Positions 26,810 to 41,269 are shown, counted from the stretch's first letter. The stretch is 64,000 bases of DNA from Octopus sinensis (GCF_006345805.1 NC_043022.1:7998001-8062000); one strand, 5' to 3'. The notes: generated by a model not told the origin, from the letters alone. Numbers and translations: made by a program.

Positions 26810-29800
26810 ATTCTTCTCTTCCATTTCATTTTGACATGCACATCATGTTTTTATTCTTCTTTTCCATTTTATTTTGACATGTGCATTGTGTTTTTATCCG
26901 TCTTTTCCATTTTATTTTGACATGTGCATTGTGTTTTTATCCGTCTTTTCCATTTTATTTTGACATGTGCATTGTGTTTTTATCTGTCTTTTCCATTTTA
27001 TTTTGACATGTGCATTGTGTTTTTATCTGTCTTTTCCATTTTATTTTGACATGTGCATTGTGTTTTTATCCGTCTTTTCCATTTTATTTTGACATGTGCA
27101 TTGTGTTTTTATCTGTCTTTTCCATTTTATTTTGACATGTGCATTGTGTTTTTATCTGTCTTTTCCATTTTATTTTGACATGCACATCGTGTTTTTATCC
27201 GTCTTTTCCATTTTATTTTGACATGTGCATTGTGTTTTTATCTGTCTTTTCCATTTTATTTTGACATGTGCATTGTGTTTTTATCCGTCTTTTCCATTTT
27301 ATTTTGACATGTGCATTGTGTTTTTATCTGTCTTTTCCATTTTATTTTGACATGTGCATTGTGTTTTTATCTGTCTTTTCCATTTTATTTTGACATGCAC
27401 ATTGTGTTTTTATCTGTCTTTTCCATTTTATTTTGACATGCACATTGTGTTTTTATCTGTCGTTTCCATTTTATTTTGACATGCACATCGTGTTTTTATC
27501 CGTCTTTTCCATTTTATTTTGACATGTGCATTGTGTTTTTATCTGTCTTTTCCATTTTATTTTGACATGCACATTGTGTTTTTATCTGTCGTTTCCATTT
27601 TATTTTGACATGCACATCGTGTTTTTATCCGTCTTTTCCATTTTATTTTGACATGTGCACTGTGTTTTTATCTGTCTTTTCCATTTTATTTTGACATGTG
27701 CATTGTGTTTTTATCTGTCTTTTCCATTTTATTTTGACATGTGCATTGTGTTTTTATCTGTCTTTTCCATTTTATTTTGACATGTGCATTGTGTTTTTAT
27801 CTGTCTTTTCCATTTTATTTTGACATGTGCATTGTGTTTTTATCTGTCTTTTCCATTTTATTTTGACATGTGCATTGTGTTTTTATCTGTCTTTTCCATT
27901 TTATTTTGACATGTGCATTGTGTTTTTATCTGTCTTTTCCATTTTATTTTGACATGCACATCGTGTTTTTATCTGTCTTTTCCATTTTGTTTTGACATGT
28001 GCATTGTGTTTTTATCCGTCTTTTCCATTTTATTTTGACATGCACATTGTGTTTTTATCCGTCTTTTCCATTTTATTTCGACATGCACATCGTGTTTTTA
28101 TCCGTCGTTTCCATTTTATTTTGACATGTGCATTGTGTTTTTATCTGTCTTTTCCATTTTATTTTGACATGCACATCGTGTTTTTATCCGTCTTTTCCAT
28201 TTTATTTTGACATGCACATCGTGTTTTTATCTGTCGTTTCCATTTTATTTTGACATGTGCATTGTGTTTTTATCTGTCTTTTCCATTTTATTTTGACATG
28301 TGCATTGTGTTTTTATCTGTCTTTTCCATTTTATTTTGACATGTGCATTGTGTTTTTATCTGTCTTTTCCATTTTATTTTGACATGCACATCGTGTTTTT
28401 ATCCGTCTTTTCCATTTTATTTTGACATGCACATCGTGTTTTTATCTGTCGTTTCCATTTTATTTTGACATGCACATCATGTTTTTATCCTTCTTTTCCA
28501 TTTTATTTTGACATGTGCATTGTGTTTTTATCTGTCTTTTCCATTTTATTTTGACATGTGCATTGTGTTTTTATCCGTCTTTTCCATTTTATTTTGACAT
28601 GCACATTGTGTTTTTATCTGTCGTTTCCATTTTATTTTGACATGCACATCGTGTTTTTATCCGTCTTTTCCATTTTATTTTGACATGCACATCGTGTTTT
28701 TATCCGTCTTTTCCATTTTATTTTGACATGTGCATTGTGTTTTTATCTGTCTTTTCCATTTTATTTTGACATGTGCATTGTGTTTTTATCCGTCTTTTCC
28801 ATTTTATTTTGACATGCACATTGTGTTTTTATCTGTCGTTTCCATTTTATTTTGACATGCACATCGTGTTTTTATCCGTCTTTTCCATTTTATTTTGACA
28901 TGTGCATTGTGTTTTTATCTGTCTTTTCCATTTTATTTTGACATGTGCATTGTGTTTTTATCTGTCTTTTCCATTTTATTTTGACATGTGCATTGTGTTT
29001 TTATCTGTCTTTTCCATTTTATTTTGACATGCACATTGTGTTTTTATCCGTCTTTTCCATTTTATTTTGACACGTGCATTGTGTTTTTATCTGTCTTTTC
29101 CATTTTATTTTGACATGTGCATTGTGTTTTTATCTGTCTTTTCCATTTTATTTTGACATGCACATTGTGTTTTTATCCGTCTTTTCCATTTTATTTTGAC
29201 ATGTGCATTGTGTTTTTATCTGTATTTTCCATTTTATTTTGACATGTGCATTGTGTTTTTATCCGTCTTTTCCATTTTATTTTGACATGTGCATTGTATT
29301 ATTATTCTCTTCCATTTTATATTGACATGCACATCGTGTTTTTATCCGTCTTTTCCATTTTATTTTGACATGTGCATTGTGTTTTTATCTGTCTTTTCCA
29401 TTTTATTTTGACATGTGCATTGTATTTTTATCTGTCTTTTCCATTTTATTTTGACATGTGCATTGTGTTTTTATCCGTCTTTTCCATTTTATTTTGACAT
29501 GCACATTGTGTTTTTATCCGTCTTTTCCATTTTATTTTGACATGCACATCGTGTTTTTTATCCGTCTTTTCCATTTTATTTTGACATGTGCATTGTGTTT
29601 TTATCTGTCTTTTCCATTTTATTTTGACATGTGCATTGTGTTTTTATCCGTCTTTTCCATTTTATTTTGACATGCACATTGTGTTTTTATCTGTCATTTC
29701 CATTTTATTTTGACATGCACATCGGTTTTTTATCCGTCTTTTCCATTTTATTTTGACATGTGCATTGTGTTTTTATCTGTCTTTTCCATTTTATTTTGAC

Positions 29801-32800
29801 ATGTGCATTGTGTTTTTATCTGTCTTTTCCATTTTATTTTGACATGTGCATTGTGTTTTTATCTCTCTTTTCCATTTTATTTTGACATGTGCATTGTGTT
29901 TTTATCTGTCTTTTCCATTTTATTTTGAAATGTGCATTGTATTATTATTCTCTTCCATTTTATATTGACATGCACATCGTGTTTTTATCCGTCTTTTCCA
30001 TTTTTATTTTGACATGTGCATTGTGTTTTTATCCGTCTTTTCCATTTTTATTTTGACATGTGCATTGTGTTTTTATCCGTCTTTTCCATTTTATTTTGAC
30101 ATGTGCATTGTGTTTTTATCCGTCTTTTCCATTTTATTTTGACATGTGCATTGTATTATTATTCTCTTCCATTTTATATTGACATGCACATCGTGTTTTT
30201 ATCCGTCTTTTCCATTTTATTTTGACATGTGCATTGTGTTTTTATCTGTCTTTTCCATTTTATTTTGACATGTGCATTGTATTTTTATCTGTCTTTTCCA
30301 TTTTATTTTGACATGTGCATTGTGTTTTTATCCGTCTTTTCCATTTTATTTTGACATGCACATTGTGTTTTTATCCGTCTTTTCCATTTTATTTTGACAT
30401 GCACATCGTGTTTTTATCCGTCTTTTCCATTTTATTTTGACATGTGCATTGTGTTTTTATCTGTCTTTTCCATTTTATTTTGACATGTGCATTGTGTTTT
30501 TATCCGTCTTTTCCATTTTATTTTGACATGCACATTGTGTTTTTATCTGTCATTTCCATTTTATTTTGACATGCACATCGGGTTTTTATCCGTCTTTTCC
30601 ATTTTATTTTGACATGTGCATTGTGTTTTTATCTGTCTTTTCCATTTTATTTTGACATGTGCATTGTGTTTTTATCTGTCTTTTCCATTTTATTTTGACA
30701 TGTGCATTGTGTTTTTATCTCTCTTTTCCATTTTATTTTGACATGTGCATTGTGTTTTTATCTGTCTTTTCCATTTTATTTTGAAATGTGCATTGTATTA
30801 TTATTCTCTTCCATTTTATATTGACATGCACATCGTGTTTTTATCCGTCTTTTCCATTTTTATTTTGACATGTGCATTGTGTTTTTATCCGTCTTTTCCA
30901 TTTTTATTTTGACATGTGCATTGTGTTTTTATCCGTCTTTTCCATTTTATTTTGACATGTGCATTGTGTTTTTATCCGTCTTTTCCATTTTTATTTTGAT
31001 ATGCGCATTGTGTTTTTATCCGTCTTTTCCATTTTATTTTGAAATGTGCATTGTGTTTTTATCCGTCTTTTCCATTTTTATTTTGACATGTGCATTGTGT
31101 TTTTATCCGTCTTTTCCATATTATTTTGACATGTGCATTGTGTTTTTATCCGTCTTTTCCATTTTATTTTGAAATGTGCATTGTGTTTTTATCTGTATTT
31201 TCCATTTTATTTTGACATGTGCATTGTATTTTTATCCGTCTTTTCCATTTTATTTTGAAATGTGCATTGTATTATTATTCTCTTCCATTTTATATTGACA
31301 TGCACATCGTGTTTTTATCCGTCTTTTCCATTTTATTTTGACATGTGCATTGTGTTTTTATCTCTCTTTTCCATTTTATTTTGACATGTGCATTGTGTTT
31401 TTATCTGTCTTTTCCATTTTATTTTGAAATGTGCATTGTATTATTATTCTCTTCCATCTTATATTGACATGCACATCGTGTTTTTATCCGTCTTTTCCAT
31501 TTTATTTTGACATGTGCATTGTGTTTTTATCTGTCTTTTCCATTTTATTTTGACATGTGCATTGTGTTTTTATCTGTCTTTTCCATTTTATTTTGACATG
31601 TGCATTGTATTATTATTCTCTTACATTTTATATTGACATGCACATCGTGTTTTTATCCGTCTTTTCCATTTTATTTTGACATGTGCATTGTGTTTTTATC
31701 TGTCTTTTCCATTTTATTTTAACATGTGCATTGTGTTTTTATCCGTCTTTTCCATTTTATTTTGACATGTGCATTGTGTTTTTATCCGTCCTTTCCATTT
31801 TATTTTGACATGTGCATTGTGTTTTTATCCGTCTTTTCCATTTTATTTTGACATGTGCATTGTGTTTTTATCTGTCTTTTCCATTTTATTTTGACATGTG
31901 CATTGTGTTTTTATCCTTCTTTTCCATTTTATTTTGACATGTGCATTGTGTTTTTATCCGTCTTTTCCATTTTATTTTGACATGTGCATTGTGTTTTATC
32001 TGTCTTTTCCATTTTATTTTGACATGTGCATTGTATTATTATTCTCTTCCATTTTATATTGACATGCACATCGTGTTTTTATCCGTCTTTTCCATTTTAT
32101 TTTGACATGTGCATTGTGTTTTTATCTGTCTTTTCCATTTTATTTTGACATGTGCATTGTGTTTTTATCCGTCTTTCCCATTTTATTTTGACATGTGCAT
32201 TGTGTTTTTATCCGTCTTTTCCATTTTATTTTGACATGTGCATTGTGTTTTTATCCGTCTTTTCCATTTTATTTTGACATGTGCATTGTGTTTTTATCTG
32301 TCTTTTCCATTTTATTTTGACATGTGCATTGTGTTTTTATCTCTCTTTTCCATTTTATTTTGACATGTGCATTGTGTTTTTATCCGTCTTTTCCATTTTA
32401 TTTTGACATGTGCATTGTGTTTTTATCTGTCTTTTCCATTTTATTTTGACATGTGCATTGTGTTTTTATCCGTCTTTTCCATTTTATTTTGACATGTGCA
32501 TTGTGTTTTTATCTGTCTTTTCCATTTTATTTTGACATGTGCATTGTGTTTTTATCTGTCTTTTCCATTTTATTTTGACATGTGCATTGTGTTTTTATCT
32601 GTCTTTTCCATTTTATTTTGACATGTGCATTGTGTTTTTATCCGTCTTTTCCATTTTATTTTGACATGTGCATTGTGTGTTTATCTGTCTTTTCCATTTT
32701 ATTTTGACATGTGCATTGTGTTTTTATCCGTCTTTTCCATTTTATTTTGACATGCACATTGTGTTTTTATCTGTCTTTTCCATTTTATTTTGACATGCAC

Positions 32801-35800
32801 ATCGGGTTTTTATCCGTCTTTTCCATTTTATTTTGACATGTGCATTGTGTTTTTATCTGTCTTTTCCATTTTATTTTGACATGTGCATTGTGTTTTTATC
32901 TGTCTTTTCCATTTTATTTTGACATGTGCATTGTGTTTTTATCTCTCTTTTCCATTTTATTTTGACATGTGCATTGTGTTTTTATCTGTCTTTTCCATTT
33001 TATTTTGAAATGTGCATTGTATTATTATTCTCTTCCATTTTATATTGACATGCACATCGTGTTTTTATCCGTCTTTTCCATTTTTATTTTGACATGTGCA
33101 TTGTGTTTTTATCCGTCTTTTCCATTTTTATTTTGACATGTGCATTGTGTTTTTATCCGTCTTTTCCATTTTATTTTGACATGTGCATTGTGTTTTTATC
33201 CGTCTTTTCCATTTTATTTTGATATGCGCATTGTGTTTTTATCCGTCTTTTCCATTTTATTTTGAAATGTGCATTGTGTTTTTATCCGTCTTTTCCATTT
33301 TTATTTTGACATGTGCATTGTGTTTTTATCCGTCTTTTCCATTTTATTTTGACATGTGCATTGTGTTTTTATCCGTCTTTTCCATTTTATTTTGAAATGT
33401 GCATTGTGTTTTTATCTGTATTTTCCATTTTATTTTGACATGTGCATTGTATTTTTATCCGTCTTTTCCATTTTATTTTGAAATGTGCATTGTATTATTA
33501 TTCTCTTCCATTTTATATTGACATGCACATCGTGTTTTTATCCGTCTTTTCCATTTTATTTTGACATGTGCATTGTGTTTTTATCTCTCTTTTCCATTTT
33601 ATTTTGACATGTGCATTGTGTTTTTATCTGTCTTTTCCATTTTATTTTGAAATGTGCATTGTATTATTATTCTCTTCCATTTTATATTGACATGCACATC
33701 GTGTTTTTATCCGTCTTTTCCATTTTATTTTGACATGTGCATTGTGTTTTTATCTGTCTTTTCCATTTTATTTTGACATGTGCATTGTGTTTTTATCTGT
33801 CTTTTCCATTTTATTTTGACATGTGCATTGTATTATTATTCTCTTACATTTTATATTGACATGCACATCGTGTTTTTATCCGTCTTTTCCATTTTATTTT
33901 GACATGTGCATTGTGTTTTTATCTGTCTTTTCCATTTTATTTTAACATGTGCATTGTGTTTTTATCCGTCTTTTCCATTTTATTTTGACATGTGCATTGT
34001 GTTTTTATCCGTCCTTTCCATTTTATTTTGACATGTGCATTGTGTTTTTATCCGTCTTTTCCATTTTATTTTGACATGTGCATTGTGTTTTTATCTGTCT
34101 TTTCCATTTTATTTTGACATGTGCATTGTGTTTTTATCCTTCTTTTCCATTTTATTTTGACATGTGCATTGTGTTTTTATCCGTCTTTTCCATTTTATTT
34201 TGACATGTGCATTGTGTTTTTATCTGTCTTTTCCATTTTATTTTGACATGTGCATTGTATTATTATTCTCTTCCATTTTATATTGACATGCACATCGTGT
34301 TTTTATCCGTCTTTTCCATTTTATTTTGACATGTGCATTGTGTTTTTATCTGTCTTTTCCATTTTATTTTGACATGTGCATTGTGTTTTTATCCGTCTTT
34401 CCCATTTTATTTTGACATGTGCATTGTGTTTTTATCCGTCTTTTCCATTTTATTTTGACATGTGCATTGTGTTTTTATCCGTCTTTTCCATTTTATTTTG
34501 ACATGTGCATTGTGTTTTTATCTGTCTTTTCCATTTTATTTTGACATGTGCATTGTGTTTTTATCTGTCTTTTCCATTTTATTTTGACATGTGCATTGTG
34601 TTTTTATCCGTCTTTTCCATTTTATTTTGACATGTGCATTGTGTTTTTATCTGTCTTTTCCATTTTATTTTGACATGTGCATTGTGTTTTTATCCGTCTT
34701 TTCCATTTTATTTTGACATGTGCATTGTGTTTTTATCTGTCTTTTCCATTTTATTTTGACATGTGCATTGTGTTTTTATCTGTCTTTTCCATTTTATTTT
34801 GACATGTGCATTGTGTTTTTATCTGTCTTTTCCATTTTATTTTGACATGTGCATTGTGTTTTTATCCGTCTTTTCCATTTTATTTTGACATGTTCATTGT
34901 GTTTTTATCCGTCTTTTCCATTTTATTTTGACATGTGCATTGTGTTTTTATCTGTCTTTTCCATTCTATTTTGACATGTGCATTGTGTTTTTATCCGTCT
35001 TTTCCATTTTATTTTGACATGTGCATTGTGTTTTTATCCGTCTTTTCCATTTTATTTTGACATGTGCATTGTGTTTTTATCCGTCTTTTCCATTTTATTT
35101 TGACATGTGCATTGTGTTTTTATCCGTCTTTTCCATTTTATTTTGACATGTGCATTGTGTTTTTATCTGTCTTTTCCATTTTATTTTGACATGTGCATTG
35201 TGTTTTTATCTGTCTTTTCCATTTTATTTTGACATGTGCATTGTGTTTTTATCCGTCTTTTCCATTTTATTTTGACATGTGCATTGTGTTTTTATCTGTC
35301 TTTTCCATTTTATTTTGACATGTGCATTGTGTTTTTATCCGTCTTTTCCATTTTATTTTGACATGTGCAGTGTGTTTTTATCCGTCTTTTCCATTTTATT
35401 TTGACATGTGCATTGTGTTTTTATCTGTCTTTTCCATTTTATTTTGACATGTGCATTGTGTTTTTATCTGTCTTTTCCATTTTATTTTGACATGTGCATT
35501 GTGTTTTTATCCGTCTTTTCCATTTTATTTTGACATGTGCATTGTGTTTTTATCCGTCTTTTCCATTTTATTTTGACATGTGCATTGTGTTTTTATCTGT
35601 CTATTCCATTTTATTTTGACATGTGCATTGTGTTTTTATCTGTCTTTTCCATTTTATTTTGACATGTGCATTGTGTTTTTATCCGTCTTTTCCATTTTAT
35701 TTTGACATGTGCATTGTGTTTTTATCCGTCTTTTCCATTTTATTTTGACATGTGCATTGTGTTTTTATCTGTCTTTTCCATTTTATTTTGACATGTGCAT

Positions 35801-38458
35801 TGTGTTTTTATCTGTCTTTTCCATTTTATTTTGACATGTGCATTGTGTTTTTATCCGTCTTTTCCATTTTATTTTGACATGTGCATTGTGTTTTTATCTG
35901 TCTTTTCCATTTTATTTTGACATGTGCATTGTGTTTTTATCCGTCTTTTCCATTTTATTTTGACATGTGCATTGTGTTTTTATCTGTCTTTTCCATTTTA
36001 TTTTGACATGTGCATTGTGTTTTTATCTGTCTTTTCCATTTTATTTTGACATGTGCATTGTGTTTTTATCTGTCTTTTCCATTTTATTTTGACATGTGCA
36101 TTGTGTTTTTATCCGTCTTTTCCATTTTATTTTGACATGTTCATTGTGTTTTTATCCGTCTTTTCCATTTTATTTTGACATGTGCATTGTGTTTTTATCT
36201 GTCTTTTCCATTCTATTTTGACATGTGCATTGTGTTTTTATCCGTCTTTTCCATTTTATTTTGACATGTGCATTGTGTTTTTATCCGTCTTTTCCATTTT
36301 ATTTTGACATGTGCATTGTGTTTTTATCCGTCTTTTCCATTTTATTTTGACATGTGCATTGTGTTTTTATCCGTCTTTTCCATTTTATTTTGACATGTGC
36401 ATTGTGTTTTTATCTGTCTTTTCCATTTTATTTTGACATGTGCATTGTGTTTTTATCTGTCTTTTCCATTTTATTTTGACATGTGCATTGTGTTTTTATC
36501 CGTCTTTTCCATTTTATTTTGACATGTGCATTGTGTTTTTATCTGTCTTTTCCATTTTATTTTGACATGTGCATTGTGTTTTTATCCGTCTTTTCCATTT
36601 TATTTTGACATGTGCATTGTGTTTTTATCTGTCTTTTCCATTTTATTTTGACATGTGCATTGTGTTTTTATCTGTCTTTTCCATTTTATTTTGACATGTG
36701 CATTGTGTTTTTATCTGTCTTTTCCATTTTATTTTGACATGTGCATTGTGTTTTTATCCGTCTTTTCCATTTTATTTTGACATGTTCATTGTGTTTTTAT
36801 CCGTCTTTTCCATTTTATTTTGACATGTGCATTGTGTTTTTATCTGTCTTTTCCATTCTATTTTGACATGTGCATTGTGTTTTTATCCGTCTTTTCCATT
36901 TTATTTTGACATGTGCATTGTGTTTTTATCCGTCTTTTCCATTTTATTTTGACATGTGCATTGTGTTTTTATCCGTCTTTTCCATTTTATTTTGACATGT
37001 GCATTGTGTTTTTATCCGTCTTTTCCATTTTATTTTGACATGTGCATTGTGTTTTTATCTGTCTTTTCCATTTTATTTTGACATGTGCATTGTGTTTTTA
37101 TCTGTCTTTTCCATTTTATTTTGACATGTGCATTGTGTTTTTATCCGTCTTTTCCATTTTATTTTGACATGTGCATTGTGTTTTTATCTGTCTTTTCCAT
37201 TTTATTTTGACATGTGCATTGTGTTTTTATCCGTCTTTTCCATTTTATTTTGACATGTGCATTGTGTTTTTATCCGTCTTTTCCATTTTATTTTGACATG
37301 TGCATTGTGTTTTTATCTGTCTTTTCCATTTTATTTTGACATGTGCATTGTGTTTTTATCTGTCTTTTCCATTTTATTTTGACATGTGCATTGTGTTTTT
37401 ATCCGTCTTTTCCATTTTATTTTGACATGTGCATTGTGTTTTTATCCGTCTTTTCCATTTTATTTTGACATGTGCATTGTGTTTTTATCTGTCTTTTCCA
37501 TTTTATTTTGACATGTGCATTGTGTTTTTATCTGTCTTTTCCATTTTATTTTGACATGTGCATTGTGTTTTTATCCGTCTTTTCCATTTTATTTTGACAT
37601 GTGCATTGTGTTTTTATCCGTCTTTTCCATTTTATTTTGACATGTGCATTGTGTTTTTATCTGTCTTTTCCATTTTATTTTGACATGTGCATTGTGTTTT
37701 TATCCGTCTTTTCCATTTTATTTTGACATGTGCATTGTGTTTTTATCCGTCTTTTCCATTTTATTTTGACATGTGCATTGTGTTTTTATCCGTCTTTTCC
37801 ATTTTATTTTGACATTTGCATTGTGTTTTTATCTGTCTTTTCCATTTTATTTTGACATGTGCATTGTGTTTTTATCCGTGTTTTTCATTTTATTTTGACA
37901 TATGCATTGTGTTTTTATCCGTCTTTTCCATTTTATTTTGACATGTGCATTGTATTATTATTCTCTTCCATTTTATATTGACAGCACATCGTGTTTTTAT
38001 CTGTCTTTTCCATTTTATTTTGACATGTGCATTGTGTTTTTATCCGTCTTTTCCATTTTATTTTGACATGTGCATTGTATTATTATTCTCTTCCATTTTA
38101 TATTGACATGCACATCGTGTTTTTATCCGTCTTTTCCATTATATTTTGACATGCACACAGTTTACATTCTTCTCTTCCATTCTATTTTGACATGCACATC
38201 GTGTTTTTATCCGTCTTTTCCATTTTATTTTGACATATGCATTGTGTTTTTATCTGTCTTTTCCATTTTATTTTGACATGCACATTGTGTTTTTATCCGT
38301 CTTTTCCATTTTATTTTGACATGCACATCGTGTTTTTATCCGTCTTTTCCATTTTATTTTGACATGCACACTGAGTTTACATTCTTCTCTTTCATTCTAT
38401 TTTGACATGCACATGTGTTTTTATCTGTCTTTTCCATTTTATTTTGACATGGGCATTA
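26810..38458. repeat. Satellite array, 43-bp monomer GACATGTGCATTGTGTTTTTATC(C/T)GTCTTTTCCATTTTATTTT, about 270 copies
   Basis: Period is 43 (gtgcatt at 26881 and 26924); edge monomers are more diverged; a 40-bp variant ...gtattattattctcttccattttatatt is interspersed. Confidence 0.97.
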
Positions 38459-38828
38459 TGAGGACTGGTTGTAAGCTGAAGGGATCGGCTGAAAAACAAT
38501 ACAAGCACAAAGGCACACACACACACATACAGATGGAGACAAACACAACCACACACACACACATACACATACATGGGGACAAATATAATGCAAACACAAA
38601 GACAAACAGTCAGACTTTCACACACACATATACACACACATACATGACAGGCCTCCACACAGTTTTCACTCATAACTACTTGGAGTTATGATAGGAGGCT
38701 CTTGCCCAAGCTGCTACATACTGAGACTGAACCCAAAAGCCTCAATGCTTTACAACAAATGTTGGCTTGTTTATGGCTCTGTAACTTAGCAATTCAGCAA
38801 AGGAATAGAGAAAATAAGTACCGGATGG

Positions 38829-39042
38829 TGGTGGTACTGAAGAGTTCTTGACTTTAAAGGTATTACAAAAGGCCTGGTTGGAGGTCCAACCTTCCAAGTT
38901 CTTTTACAGGACTTAGAAAAACAGAAGGACTGCTGCAATAAGCTGGTGAATCTGAGAGGGAAATCTCATGATTAAATTCATAATTAACTGATCTTCCTCT
39001 ATTTTCTTATACCCAAAGCCAGGAACTTTCCAGCCCTACCTT
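38829..39042. mobile_element. Tc1/mariner-type MITE, copy 2
   Basis: Reverse homolog of 11907-12094; ends in aaagccaggaactttccagcc. Confidence 0.65.
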
Positions 39043-39052
39043 TTGAATGTAC

Positions 39053-39086
<34 letters not shown>

Positions 39087-39117
39087 ATGTATATGTATAT
39101 ATATATATATATATAGA

Positions 39118-39302
39118 GGGAGAGTTTATGAAAAAAACAAAAGACGAAGACAGGTGGTGTACAAAACAAACAGATGTATTAGTATAATGCTCAGGAATAG
39201 AAAAAGTATTTTACGTTTCGATCCTATGCTCTTCTACAGAAAGGGACACAGAAAAAACAAGGAGAGAAAAAAATGTGTGTAGTGGCTAACGATCTATCAT
39301 GG
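39118..39302 (-). mobile_element. Penelope-like fragment P1 with a hammerhead-like motif
   Basis: Highly similar to 59990-60187; contains ttttacgtttcgatcctatgctcttctacagaaagg. Confidence 0.55.
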
Positions 39303-39354
<52 letters not shown>

Positions 39355-39366
39355 GTATGATGTATG

Positions 39367-39419
<53 letters not shown>

Positions 39420-39520
39420 GTTTTGAAAAAAAAGAGATTGATTAGAAATTCTCTCACAGTATAGAGGTTTGGACTTAGAAGTGGTCAAGCATAACTTGAG
39501 ATGAATGATATAAATATGTA

Positions 39521-39740
39521 ATGTGAAGAAACAAAAGACCTGGTAATTCAATCTGCAAACATGACTCCGATTAGAGATGGATTTAATGGACAATTGTATG
39601 TGATAGATTAAAAATATATGAATACACATGTCTGTGTATTTATATATTTTTAATCTATCATGTATAATTGTCCTTTAAATCCATCTCTAATCGGAGTCAT
39701 GTTTGTGAATTGAATTACCAGGTCTTTTGTTTCTTCACAT
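39521..39740. repeat. 220-bp fold-back hairpin (108-bp arms, 4-nt loop)
   Basis: 39521-39628 is the reverse complement of 39633-39740, with 8 substitutions and no indels. Confidence 0.95.
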
Positions 39741-40285
39741 CATATATATATAAATAGTTCAAATAAAAAAAAACAAATGACTAAAACAGGTGTAGGAACA
39801 ACAGACAGGTGTATTAGTTTAACGGTCAGGATAAATGGAATAGTCTTTTAAGTTTTGAGCCTACTATCTTTGACGGAAAAGATATTAAGAGAAAAAAATG
39901 GAGAGAGAATGAAAAAACAGAAAATGAAAAGTGTGCAGAGTTCAACAGTCCAATGAATATATTCCTACTATGTATGTATGTATGTATGTATGTATGTATG
40001 TATGTATGTATGTATGTATGCATGCATGCATGTATGCATGCATGCATGCATGCATGTATAATCAATATCAAACTTAATTTATTAAACAGAGTTTAATAAA
40101 TTTCATCAAATAAATTAAATGAAGCAGATTGGATGTTAAAATGGATTAAGTTTTTATTTCATATTCCCAGACAATTGTTTCAGGCAAAAGGACCAAAATT
40201 TCCATGAGGAAACGATATTAGAAATCTAAGGAAAAAATTCCTATTAAAGGCCGAAGATAAATACATCCGGATGAATATATAATAT

Positions 40286-40500
40286 ACTAGCACTATGACC
40301 CGGCGTTGCCAGGTCATAGTGCTAGTGCATGCATATACAGCTGCATGCGTGCGCACATACACTTGAGTACTGTCCAAATCTCCGACCAATCATATACAGC
40401 TAGCTGGCATTCAATTGGCGTATCAAGTTTCGGGCATTTTGATTGGGTTTTGCATAGAAAATTCACAAAAAAGTCACTTCTGTTGATTTTATAATAGCTT
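40286..40500 (+). mobile_element. Possible short Helitron/Helentron-like element with a 5' stem-loop
   Basis: Starts actagcactatgacc-cggcgttgcca-ggtcatagtgctagt (15-bp perfect stem); TACTAG...CCCGGCGTTGC start and ...ttttataatag end resemble Helentron-associated repeats. Confidence 0.4.
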
Positions 40501-40792
40501 TGCAGGGTGACTGGGGAAATGTAAAGATGTGCACAACCACCCTTGGACGGTTTTCAATGACCATAGAAAGTGCAAGCCCTGTAACTGAAAAATTGTGGAT
40601 TTGTATAAAGGACACACACACAGACAGACATTTTGCTGTTTATATATATATATATACACATATGTATGTATATGTATGTATACACACACACACAAATGTA
40701 TTTGTGAATAAGAGTAAGACTTTGATAAATAAATTTTGAAGATATATTATCCTCCATTCTTCTTTATGATGTCTTGATTATGTGTGTGTATG

Positions 40793-40858
<66 letters not shown>

Positions 40859-41269
40859 TATCCATATATATACATGTATGCATATATCTATCTATCTATC
40901 TATCTTTCTGTCTATTTATTTATCTTTCTATCTATCTATATATATATCTACCTGTGTATGTATATATATATATATATTTGTGTTTATATGTATGTATACA
41001 AATGTATATATCTATGTTTGTGTTAATAGATAGCAAGATAAAAGGAAAGAATGTTAAGAGAACAGGTATAAGAAAACGCATAAGGCAAGTCTGAGAGAAG
41101 AGAAGAAGGAAAAAATAAAGAAAAAAAACGTAAAAGGTGTCAACATTTCTTTGGGGGTAAACTGAAGGTGGGAAGAAATGAAGGGGGAGAAAGGGATATG
41201 TGCAGCAGACTACAGCAATCTATTAGGCCAATCAAGGTTGATCTGTAAACGTCTGAAACTGGCTCTAAC

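Noticed and set aside
26810-38458. 43-bp repeat array as a CRISPR array or a repetitive protein gene
   Set aside because: Monomers are contiguous with no unique spacers, there are no cas genes, and the context is eukaryotic; the period is not a multiple of 3 and the ORFs are short by-products
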